Shown in pieces: positions 22,912 through 33,438 of a DNA stretch of 64,000 nucleotides. This DNA comes from Leucoraja erinacea (taxonomy: Eukaryota): positions 19,158,001 through 19,222,000 of the forward strand of contig NC_073400.1 of the NCBI RefSeq assembly GCF_028641065.1. Reading direction: 5' to 3'. The position numbers and the translations under genes were made by a program. How positions within the stretch are numbered: the first letter of the stretch is position 1; each line of letters starts with the position of its first letter. The notes beneath the pieces are model-generated. The model was not told the DNA's origin, did not search any database, and saw only the letters and a list, made by a program, of their open reading frames with translations.

Positions 22912-24014
22912 ACCCCCCCCCTCCGTCCCACCACACCAACACCGTTCCGTCTCTCTCTGTCTGTATCTGGGGTCAGTAGATCAGAGACTCCCTCTCCCTA
23001 AACCGCTCCCGCTCCCATTCCATCTCTCTCTCTTTTCTCTCTTATCGTATGCCTCGCTCATTCAATCTCTCTTGTCATACATTTGTGTGTTGTTCTGCCC
23101 TGCCCCTGCCTCCCTCTTTCCTGTCTCCCTTCCCCTTCCTCACCCGTCTCCCTCCCCCACCTACCCCCGTACCTTCCGCACCCCCACTCCCTTCCTCACC
23201 CCCACTCCCTTTCCCAAGCCTCTCCCTCCCTACCCCTCTTCCCTCCCCACCCCTCTTCCTCCCCACCCCTCTCTCCCTCCTCACCCCTCTCCCCTCCGCA
23301 CTCCTCTGTTCCTCACCACCCAGCTCTCCTCTATCCCCCTCTCCATCCTCCCTCCCCTCTCTCCCTCTCCATCCCCACCCCTCTCTCCCTCTCCCCTCTC
23401 CTCTCATCCTCACCACCCATCCTCTCGTTATCCCTCTCTCCATCCCCACCCCCCCCTCCCCCCCCCCCCCCCCCCAACAACCCCCCACCAACACCGTTCT
23501 CTCCCTACCCCACCCATCTCTGTCCCACACGGACCTTGGAGACCGTGCAGAATCCCGCTCCAGACCAGGAGACACATCGGATGCCGTCCCATTGTGGAGA
23601 GGCTGGGCTTGTTCTGAGTGCCTCTGTGAATCAGGCAACAGCCCCTCCCCTCCACCCCTCGACTCTCCTCTTAGTCCTCCCTCCTCTCCCATGCCCTCCA
23701 CTCACGCTCTCTGCTCAACAACTCTGTTGCTCTCTCTGCATCATCGCTCCGTCTCCTGTGCCCTCTGGAACATAAGAGGCTGAGTGAGGAGTGACCATCC
23801 AGGGGTTTATAAAATCATGAGGGTTGTACAAGTCTTTTCACCAGGGAAGGGGAGTTTAAAACCAGAGGACACTGGGTTAAAGCGAGAAGGGGAAGATTTA
23901 AAAGAGAACTGATGGGAAACATTTCCACACTGCGGGCATGGGTGTGTGGAACAGCTGCCTGAGGAGGTGGCAGATTGCATCTCCCCCTCCCCCCCCCCTC
24001 CTCCGCCACTAACA

Positions 24015-24260
24015 CATTTTACACACAGAGAGTGGTGAATCTCTGGAATTCTCTGCCACAGAAGGTAGTTGAGGCCAGTTCGTTGGCTATATTTAAGAGG
24101 GAGTTAGATGTGGCCCTTGTGGCTAATGGGATCAGGGGGTATGGAGAGAAGGCAGGTACAGAATACTGAGTTGGATGATCAGCCATGATCATATTGAATG
24201 GCGGTGCAGGCTCGAAGGGCCGAATGGCCTACTCCTGCACCTATTTTCTATGTTTCTATG
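24015..24260 (+). mobile_element. CR1 3' end at the left boundary of the TSTD1 duplication
   Basis: TQRVVNLWNSLPQ with a (tttctatg)n tail. Confidence 0.9.
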
Positions 24261-24794
24261 TAACACACTTTAGCTCATGTTGCACCACATCCTTTCACCT
24301 GTATGTAATGTCGCCGCATACATTCTGTCCATATCCGCAATCCCTCCAGCCCGACCTCCCCCTCTGTGTAACCAGCTCCCTCTTCATGTCATAGACACAA
24401 AATGCTGGAGCGGCTCAGTCAGAAGTCTGAAGAAGGGTCTCGACCCGAAACGTCACCCGCACATTCTCGCCAGACATGCTGCCCGTCCCGCTAAGTTTCT
24501 CCAGCGTTTTGTGTCTATCTTCGGTGTAAACAAGCATCTGCAGTTCCTTCCTACCGTGTACCTCTCCTCTGCTCAGAAAGCCCCGGCAGCCCCTCCCTAT
24601 CTATAACCCCCCCCAGCACCTAAACCGCTCACTATCTATAATCCCCTCCAGCACCCAACCGGCTAACCCCACTTTATCTCTAATCCCCTCCAGCATCTAA
24701 CCCCCACCCTACAGTATCTCTAGCCTCATCTACCCCTATCTCTTGCCGTCACCCGACATTCCTCTCTTTCTATGCTGTTTGGTTGGGTTGCTAG

Positions 24795-24880
24795 GTACAT
24801 TCCGATCCGCCCCGCCTCTTGCTCGGCTGAATCAAGTGATTCAGAGTCTTTGGACTTCCCTTCGTCAGTGTGTGGTGGCA
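24795..24880 (+). promoter_or_regulatory. Candidate TSTD1 proximal promoter (GC box ccgccccgcc ~24807); duplicate at ~31560-31640
   Basis: Sp1-type motif ~70 bp upstream of the ATG. Confidence 0.45.
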
Positions 24881-26663
24881 ATGGGTTCGACAGGTGAGGC
24901 TCCTTCACACATGCGATGCCCCGGCCCTGCCTCACTGTGTGGGGACCTCTGGGCTGGGGAGGGGAAAAGGAGAGGAGGTGGATGGAAGAGGGGGGGGTGA
25001 GGGGGGGGGGGGGGGGGGGAGGGGGGGGGGGGGGGGGGTGAGAGAGGGGGAATGGGAGGGGGGGGGGGGAGGCAGAGGCGCCAGCAATGGCTGCATCGCC
25101 AACAGCCTGTCTGCCCCTTCCTTCTTTATCGTGTTGATAGCACGCGTTAAATGCATGTTGTTTGTGTTCTTTAGCTTGTGGCTTATTGAGCGTGGGCGGG
25201 GTTGGGGGAAACTTGTTTTTAATATTTTACCCTTTACGGAGATGCGACGCGGATTTACACCGTGGAGCTCCAAGCTGCGGGCGCTGCGACCGCCCCGACG
25301 GATGGTTCGACTGCCCCGACCGCGGGGAAATAAAGACGAAGATGATTGGACTTTATTGCCCTCCATCACAGTGAGGAATGTGGGGAATCTGCTGTGGTGG
25401 ATGTTTATGTTAAATTTGATGTAGTTGTGTGTCGGGGTTTTTTTGGATGGCTGTATGGTAATTCGCAATATCACTGTACCTTAATTGGCACACGTGACAA
25501 TAAAATACCTTTGAATGGGAGAGGGGTAAGGGCTGAAAGGGAATGTGAATATCACGTTGACTGATCTTGTTTGTCTTTTCGCTCCCCCTCTCTCTCCCCT
25601 CCCTCGTCATCCTCTCTTTCTCCCCCTCTCTCCCCATTTTACTCCACTTTCTCACCCCCTCCCTCCCTCCCTCTCCCCATTTCTCTACCCTGTCCTTTCT
25701 TTCCCTCTCCCTTCCTCGCTTCCATTTCCCACTCTCTCTTGCCCCCTCACTCCTCCAACCCTCGCCCCCTCCCTCCTTCACTCTTCCCACCCTCACTCCC
25801 CCTTCCCTCGTCCCTTGCTCACTCCATCGCTTGTCTCTCACTCCATCGCACCCTCTCCCTCGTTCCCCTCCCTCCCTCGCTCCCCGCCCCCCCCCTTCTT
25901 CTGTCACTCCTCCCTTCCTTGCTTCTTGCTCCCCCGACCCCCCCCCCCCCCCATGAGCTGTTGCCCCACTGCCCACAGCGAGCGAGATTACTTGTGAACA
26001 GCTGGAGAGAATGATGGTGGATGGCAGAGTGACCATCTTCGATGTCCGTAACCCGGACGAGCTGGAAAACGGCAGGATCGTTGGATCTGTCAACATTCCA
26101 GGTGCAGAGATCGGGAGAGGGTTTAACTGAGTGGGTTAAACGAGAATGGGTGGAGGGATGAAACGTGATACCAGTCCTGGCCTCTGGCGACAGAAGCTCG
26201 GGCGTGGGTGAGTGGTTGAGATCGTGGGCAGGATTACCTGCTGCCTCCTCTCCGTGCCGTGTGAGTGCAGCTGGAAGAGGCGGTATTAACCCCTCCTCTG
26301 CCTCTCCCCTGCAGTCGACAAGGTGAAGGATGCCTTCTCACTGGACGCGGAGAACTTCCAGGACCAGTTTGGGGCGGAGAAGCCGAAACTGGAATCGATG
26401 GTCGTGTTTTACTGCAAGGCGGGGCGCCGAGGGAACACGGCCGTGACGATCGCCCGGGATCTGGGCTACACCAGGTGGGTGGTTCGAGCGAGGGGGAGCC
26501 CTCCTACCCCGTCCCGTCACTGACACACTCCCGGGGCGAAGCTCCGTCTACACGGTCCCGTCACACACTCCAGGGGCATTTAGTGTTGTGTTCTCTACAT
26601 TGTTCTCTATTTAGGGCCGTGAATGTAATTGGTGGTTTCCAGAAGTGGACTGGCGAAGACTAG
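24881..26663 (+). CDS. TSTD1: Thiosulfate:glutathione sulfurtransferase / single-domain rhodanese, copy 1 (114 aa)
   Basis: Exons 24881-24893, 25979-26101, 26315-26474, 26615-26663, all GT-AG and in frame (345 nt): MGSTASEITCEQLERMMVDGRVTIFDVRNPDELENGRIVGSVNIPVDKVKDAFSLDAENFQDQFGAEKPKLESMVVFYCKAGRRGNTAVTIARDLGYTRAVNVIGGFQKWTGED*. The FDVR, NIP, AEKPKLE, VFYC.. and LGYT motifs match TSTD1, and F11R lies adjacent as in mammals. Confidence 0.93.
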
Positions 26664-26789
26664 GCTGTGTGGGCGGAACGTGAGGATGTTTCCCTGACTG
26701 CATCGTCCGTGGCAACGGCTCACTGGAACCAGGAAACTGACAAAGGATTAAAACTTGCTCAGGGACAGGGTGTGAGTGTACTTCATGTG

Positions 26790-27100
26790 TAGGAATTTAG
26801 GGTTGAGGGTTGGTGTAGGGTTCTAGGCTTAGGGGGTGGAGATTTAGTGGTTGCGAGTTGGTGGCTGTTCCAGGCTTGGGGTAAAGGTTTAAGGGTTGGG
26901 CGCTTTGCCAGGATTTAGGGTGAAAGGGTGTTGGCGGTGCCAGTGTTTAGGGGTGAAGGGTTGGCAGTGCCAGGGTGTAGGGTTTGAAGATTGGCAGTGC
27001 CAGGATATAGGGTTTGAATATTGCCAGTGCCAGGATATAGGGTTTAAAGATTGGCAATGCCGGGGTTTAGGGGTTCGAGGCTGGCTCAGGGGTTAGGGGT
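26790..27100 (+). repeat. Degenerate TTTAGGG-rich tract plus 30-bp tandem repeat (ttggcagtgccaggatatagggtttgaaga); duplicate at ~33570-33845
   Basis: Direct tandem repetition. Copy number differs between the duplicates. Confidence 0.8.
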
Positions 27101-27621
27101 GAAGAGTTGATCCCAGTTTCACATTTGGGAGAGATCGCCTTCCATTTAAAGATGAAACACACGAGTCTGCAGATGCTGGAATCTGGAGCAAGGCGTGACC
27201 TGCTGGAGGAAGGCAGCGAGAGGAGATGCAGTTTCCCAACGGGAGCGTCAGTGTTTATGAATGGAGGGGTTGGTGGTGGGGACTGGGTGAGAGCTCACAG
27301 GCGGGTGGGGGTGAGGCTCAGGCCATAGTTGTGGCGTCTTTGAACGGTGGGATAGGTTGGGGCTGAGTGGCCTCCTGAGGATAATACTGGCGCCAGAACG
27401 AATGGAGGATGATCGGCAGTGCAGCGCAGACGGAGAGCATTCTCCCACGTCGCCGGCATCACAGTTAGACAGGACGGCGATCGCTCGGGTGGGGTTGGGG
27501 GGGGAGTGGGGGCTTTCTGCACCTGGTGGTGCGCGGCTGAAATAAACGCGAGCTTAGGATGTTAATAAAAACCGAACATTGTGTGCAAACACCCATGGTT
27601 TCGACTTATCTCGTCGTTTAA

Positions 27622-27897
27622 TTCTTAAGGGGTTGGACAGGCTAGATGCAGGAAGATTGTTCCCGATGTTGGGGAAGTCCAGGACAAGGGGTCACAGCTT
27701 AAGGATAAGGGGCGAAATCCTTTAAAACCGAGATGAGAATAACTTTTTTCACACAGAGAGTGGAGAATCTCTGGAACTCTCTGCCGCAGAGGGTCGTCGA
27801 GGCCAGTTCATTGGCTATATTTAAGAGGGAGTTAGATGTGGCCCTTGTGGCTAAGGGGATCAGAGGGTATGGAGAGAAGGCAGGTACGGGATACTGA
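27622..27897 (+). mobile_element. Tail-less CR1 fragment occupying a deletion breakpoint
   Basis: ttcttaaggggttggacaggctagatgcagg...ggatactga joins A1 directly to B1. Confidence 0.85.
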
Positions 27898-29159
27898 CCA
27901 CCCCGGGGTCAGCGCTGTCCGGCCACAGCCATCCACCACTCACCCTCCCCCTGTTCGGCCGCACTGTCACGGGCTGTAGGTCGGCAGCGCCCACACATTG
28001 GGCCGGGTGGAGCTGGACCGCGGACACACGGGAACGAAAACCCGGCAATGTCCCCGTCAGCTGCAGCAGAGTTGGGGGACAGTCTGGTCCCTCAGCCCAC
28101 CCAGTCACTGACCGCGCTGCACCGGCACTGGCACCCCGACCCCCACACCGGCACCCTGACCCCCCCCCCCCCCCCCCCCCCCCCCCGGCCGTTGGGACAG
28201 ACAGCTCGAGGTGAGACTGGGGTGGGTAGGGGCAGTCAACGCTTCACGTCAGTACTCTGCACTAACTCCAAGAGTGGAGGAGGGGAGCGTGGGAGTGGGA
28301 GGGGGGAGTGTGCGGTGGGAGGGGACAGTTTGGGATGGGGGGAGGTGGGGGAGCGTGGGAAGATGGGAATGAAGGGAGTGTGGGGGGGGGGTGGGGGGGG
28401 GTGTGGGGAGCAGGAGGAGGTGCGGGTTGGAAGGTGGGAAGTGGAACCAGATGAGGGATGAGGAAGTGAAGGGCAGATGGAAGCAGACTGGTGAGAGGGG
28501 GGGGGGGGGGGGGGGGGAGCAGAACGTCAACACAGGGAGAGAACTGCGGGGTAGAGCAGTGGGAGCAGGAAAATAACACAAGGACGTGGGTGGAAACCCG
28601 CTCCCTCTCGCTCACCCCCCCCCCCCCCCCCCCCCCCCCCACACCCCGCATTCCCGGAAAGCCCCAGAGTTATGCCCTCCTGGTCACGCGTGGGACTGCA
28701 AGTGAAGGGATTTTGCGCAGAACGCAAATGCTGGAGTAACAGCGAGTCAGGCGGCATCTCTCGAGAACGTGGATAGGTGGCGTTTCTTCAGCCCGAAGAT
28801 GGGGCCCGATCCGAATCGTCGCCGAACTACGTCCAGAGACGCTGTCTGACCCGCTCAGTTACTCCAGCGCTCTGTGATCATCTCCCACCAGACTCCACTC
28901 ATTACCTCCTTCCCCATTCTCTCTATTCCGACTCATTCCTTCCTATCTCGACTCCCCTCTGCTCCCTAGACGGACCCACTGTATCCCTCCCTCTCTCTCC
29001 CCCGACTCCTCCCCTCTCTGTCCCAACCCCCGCCCTCTCTTTAGCCCAAATCTCCCATGCCCCTCCTCGTGCGCGTATATATATATATAGAAACATAGAA
29101 ACATAGAAATTAGGTGCAGGAGTAGGCCATTCGGCCCTTCGAGCCTGCACCGATATATA

Positions 29160-29190
<31 letters not shown>

Positions 29191-29614
29191 TTGATCTGTA
29201 TATATGTGAGTATACACATACTGAACTTTTTTTTCTCGTCTATTATTTTGTATTATGTTTATATATCCGGTTGTGGTGTTGAAAGTAACTTGTGACAATA
29301 AAACACTGTCTGAAGAAGGGTCTCGACCCAAAACGTCGCTCATTCCTTCGCTTCATAGATGCTGCTTTTATTTGTGTCTACTTTCGATTTTTCCAGCATC
29401 TGCGGCCAAAGATCATCTCTGTCTGCAGCTAAGATGCTGGAGCAAGAGGTTCCTTCTAAAACATCCAATCAGCTGGGAGATTCCAACATTCTCTTTGTTG
29501 AGCCACCAATCAATCCAGACCGACGTCATTTGTTGATGGGCTGAGGGCCAATCAGCAACAAGCGTTGACCGGTGCCTTGGCCAACAGAGGCCAATCCGTT
29601 TGGGTCTTGCGGTT

Positions 29615-30700
29615 GATCATACAATCAGCTACACTTCTTCCCACCCTGCTTCCTGTAAGGACCCCATCCCCTACTCCCAATTCCTCCGTCTACGCCGCGA
29701 CTGCTCCCAGGATGAGGTGTTCCGCACCAGGGTATTGGAGATGTCCTCATTCTTCAGGGAACAAGAGTTCCCCTCTTCTACCATAGATGAGGCTCTCACC
29801 AGGGTCTCTTCTATACCCCGCGACTCTGCTCTCACTCCCCATCCCCCCCACTCGCAACAAGGGCCGAGTCCCCCTTGTCCTCACCTTCCACCCTACCAGC
29901 CGTCATGTACAACAAATAATCCTCCGTCATTTTCGCCACCTCCAACGTGATCCCACCACTTGCCACATCTTCCCATCTCCTCCCCTGTTTGCTTTCTGCA
30001 GAGACCGCTCCCTCCGTAACTCCCTGGTCAATTTGTCCCTTCCTTCCCAAACCACCCCCTCTCCGGGCACTTTCCATTACAACAGCAAGAAATGCTACAC
30101 TTGTCGCTTTACCTCCCCCCTTGGCTCCATTCAAGGACCCAAGCAGTCTTCCCAGGTGCAGCAGAGGTTCACCTGCACCTCCCCCGACCTCATCTATTAC
30201 ATCCGCTGCTCTAGATGTCAGCTGCTCTACATCGGTGAGACCAAGCGTAGGCTTGGCGATCGCTTTGCCAAACGCCTCTGCTCGGTTTGCAATAACCAGC
30301 CTGATCTCCCGGTGGCTCAGCACTTCAACTCCCCCTCCCATTCTGAATCCGACCTTTCTGTCCTCGGCCTCCTCCATGGCCAGAGTGAGGACCACCGTAA
30401 ATTGGAGGATCAGCATCTCATATTTCGCTTTGGCAGTTTGCACCCCAGCGGTATGAACATTGAGTTCTCCAATTTCAGGTAGTCCCTACTTTCTCCTCCC
30501 CTTCTCAGCTCTCCCTCAGCCCACCGGCTCCTTCTCTTCCTTTGTTCCTCCCACCCCACCCTTACATCAGTCTGAAGAGGGGTTTCAGCCCGAAATGTTG
30601 CCTATTTCCTTCGCTCCATAGATGCTGCCTCACCCACTGAGTTTCTCCAGCATTTTTGTCTACCTTTGATTTTCTAGCATCTGCAGTTCCTTCTTAAAGA
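29615..30700 (+). mobile_element. Penelope-like retroelement 3' part (RT thumb + GIY-YIG endonuclease + terminal repeat), frameshifted
   Basis: YTSSHPASCKDPIPYSQFLRLRR; IYYIRCSRCQLLYIGETKRRLGDRF; SLHPSGMN. Confidence 0.9.
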
Positions 30701-30714
30701 TCTAATCACAACAA

Positions 30715-31057
30715 AATTCTTAAGGGGTTGGACAGGCTAGATGCAGGAAGATTATTCCCGATGTTGGGGAAGTCCAGAACAGGGGGTCACAGTTTAAGGA
30801 TAAGGGGGAAGTCTTTCCGGACCGAGATGAGAAAATCATTTTTTACACAGAGTGGTGAATCTGTGAAAATCTCTGCCACAGAAGGTAGTTGAGGCCAGTT
30901 TATTGGCTATATTTAAGAGGCTCAAGGGATCAGGGGTATGGAGAGAAGGCAGGTACAGGATACTGAGTTGGATGATCAGCCATGATCATTTTGAATGGCG
31001 GTGCAGGCTCGAAGGGCCGAATGGCCTACTCCTGCACCTATTTACTATGTTTCTATG
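30715..31057 (+). mobile_element. Chimeric CR1 3' end at the duplication junction
   Basis: The body shares a diagnostic deletion with the 40066-40410 copy, but the 3' flank matches the 24015-24260 copy. Confidence 0.85.
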
Positions 31058-31639
31058 TAACACACTTTAGCTCATGTTGCACCACATCCTTTCACCTTAT
31101 GTAATGTCGCCGCATACATTCTGTCCATATCCGCAATCCCTCCAGCCCGACCTCTCCCTCTGTGTAACCAGCTCCCTCTTCATGTCATAGACACAAAATG
31201 CTGGAGCGGCTCAGTCAGAAGTCTGAAGAAGGGTCTCGACCCGAAACGTCACCCGCACATTCTCGCCAGAGATGCTGCCCGTCCCGCTAAGTTTCTCCAG
31301 CGTTTTGTGTCTATCTTCGGTGTAAACAGGCATCTGCAGTTCCTTCCTACCGTGTACCTCTCCTCTGCTCAGAAACCCCCGGCAGCCCCTCACTATCTAT
31401 AACCCCCTCCAGCACCCAACCGCTAACCCCACTTTATCTCTAATCCCCTCCAGCATCTAACCCCCACCCTACAGTATCTCTAGCCTCATCTACCCCTATC
31501 TCTTGCCGTCACCCGACATTCCTCTCTTTCTAAGCTGTTTGGTTGGGTTGCTAGGTACATTCCGATCCGCCCCGCCTCTTGTCGGCTGAATCAAGTGATT
31601 CAGAGTCTTTGGACTTCCCTTCGTCAGTGTGTGGTGGCA

Positions 31640-33438
31640 ATGGGTTCGACAGGTGAGGCTCCTTCACCCATGCGATGCCCCGGCCCTGCCTCACTGTGTG
31701 GGGGCCTCTGGGCTGGGGAGGGGAAAAGGAGAGGTGGATAGAAGAGGGGGGGGGGGGGGGGGAGGGGGGGGGGGGGGGAGGAGAGGGGTGAGGGGGAGAG
31801 GGAGGGGGGGAGGAGAGAGGGGGAATGGGAGGGGGGGAGGGAGGGAGAGGCGCCAGCAATGGCTGCATCGCCAACAGCCTGTCTGCCCCTTCCTTCTTTA
31901 TCGTGTTGATAGCACGCGTTAAATGCATGTTGTTTGTGTTCTTTAGCTTGTGGCTTATTGAGCGTGGGCGGGGTTGGGGGAAACTTGTTTTTAATATTTT
32001 ACCCTTTACGGAGATGCGATGCGGATTTACACCGTGGAGCTCCAAGCTGCGGGCGCTGCGACCGCCCCGACGGATGGTTCGACTGCCCCGACCGCGGGGA
32101 AATAAAGACGAAGATGATTGGACTTTATTGCCCTCCATCACAGTGAGGAATGTGGGGAATCTGCTGTGGTGGATGTTTATGTTAAATTTGATGTAGTTGT
32201 GTGTCGGGTTTTTTTGGATGGCTGTATGGTAATTCGCAATATCACTGTACCTTAATTGGCACACGTGACAATAAAATACCTTTGAATGGGAGAGGGGTAA
32301 GGGCTGAAAGGGAATGTGAATATCACGTTGACTGATCTTGTTTGTCTTTTTTCTCCCCCTCTCTCTCCCCTCCCTCGTCATCCTCTCTTTCTCCCCCTCT
32401 CTCCCCATTTTACTCCACTTTCTCACCCCCTCCCTCCCTCTCCCCATTTCTCTACCCTGTCCTTTCTTTCCCTCTCCCTTCCTCGCTTCCATTTCCCACT
32501 CTCTCTTGCCCCCTCACTCCTCCAACCCTCGCCCCCTCCCTCCTTCACTCTTCCCACCCTCACTCCCCTTCCCTCGTCCCTTGCTCACTCCATCGCTTGC
32601 CTCTCACTCCATCGCACCCTCTCCCTCGTTCCCCTCCCTCCCTCGCCTCCCCCGCCCCCCCCCCCTCTTCTGCACTCCCCCCTTTCTTGCTCCCCCCTAT
32701 CCCCCGATCCCCCCCCCCCCCACCCCCCTGAGCTGTTGCCCCACTGCCCACAGCGAGCGAGATTACTTGTGAACAGCTGGAGAGAATGATGGTGGATGGC
32801 AGAGTGACCATCTTCGATGTCCGTAACCCGGACGAGCTGGAAAACGGCAGGATCGTTGGATCTGTCAACATTCCAGGTGCAGAGATCGGGAGAGGGTTTA
32901 ACTGAGTGGGTTAAACGAGAATGGGTGGAGGGGTGAAACGTGATACCAGTCCTGGCCTCTGGCGACAGAAGCTCGGGCGTGGGTGAGTGGTTGAGATCGT
33001 GGGCAGGATTACCTGCTGCCTCCTCTCCGTGCCGTGTGAGTGCAGCTGGAAGAGGCGGTATTAACCCCTCCTCTGCCTCTCCCCTGCAGTCGACAAGGTG
33101 AAGGATGCCTTCTCACTGGACGCGGAGAACTTCCAGGACCAGTTTGGGGCGGAGAAGCCGAAACTGGAATCGATGCTGGTGTTTTACTGCAGGGCGGGGC
33201 GCCGAGGGAACACGGCCGTGACGATCGCCCGGGATCTGGGCTACACCAGGTGGGTGGTCCGAGCGAGGGGGAGCCCTCCTACCCCGTCCCGTCACTGACA
33301 CACTCCCGGGGTGAAGCTCCGTCTACACGGTCCCGTCACACACTCCAGGGGCATTTAGTGCTGTGTTCTCTACATTGTTCTCTATTTAGGGCCGTGAATG
33401 TAATTGGTGGTTTCCAGAAGTGGACTGGCGAAGACTAG
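31640..33438 (+). CDS. TSTD1: Thiosulfate:glutathione sulfurtransferase / single-domain rhodanese, copy 2 (114 aa)
   Basis: Exons 31640-31652, 32754-32876, 33090-33249, 33390-33438. Intact, with active-site region MLVFYCRAGRR. Confidence 0.93.

Larger units (their letters stand above)
24261..31057 (+). repeat. Tandem segmental duplication, copy 1 (A1 24261-27621 + B1 27898-31057)
   Basis: Near-identical to 31058-34365 and 36950-40410 by direct reading. Confidence 0.92.

Noticed and set aside
22859-23783. Long Pro/Ser/Leu-rich ORFs (also 12907-13836, 41192-42031, 31551-32492)
   Set aside because: Stop-poor polypyrimidine or poly-C tracts with no splice or domain support.
18375-23800. Signal-peptide exon of the IGSF11-like gene
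   Set aside because: The in-frame upstream extension hits TGA near 18428, and the candidates near 22118 and 23740 do not encode a hydrophobic leader. The exon was not located.
25065-25505. Extra TSTD1 exon or ORF in intron 1
   Set aside because: It looks like a dispersed repeat ending in a gtgacaataaa tail, similar to ~18190 and ~12780, and the TSTD1 frame is complete without it.
26930-27065. CRISPR-like array
   Set aside because: Contiguous tandem units without unique spacers, no cas genes, and a vertebrate context.
29787-30482. Domesticated GIY-YIG nuclease gene
   Set aside because: A frameshifted, 5'-truncated Penelope copy; the second copy exists only because of the segmental duplication.
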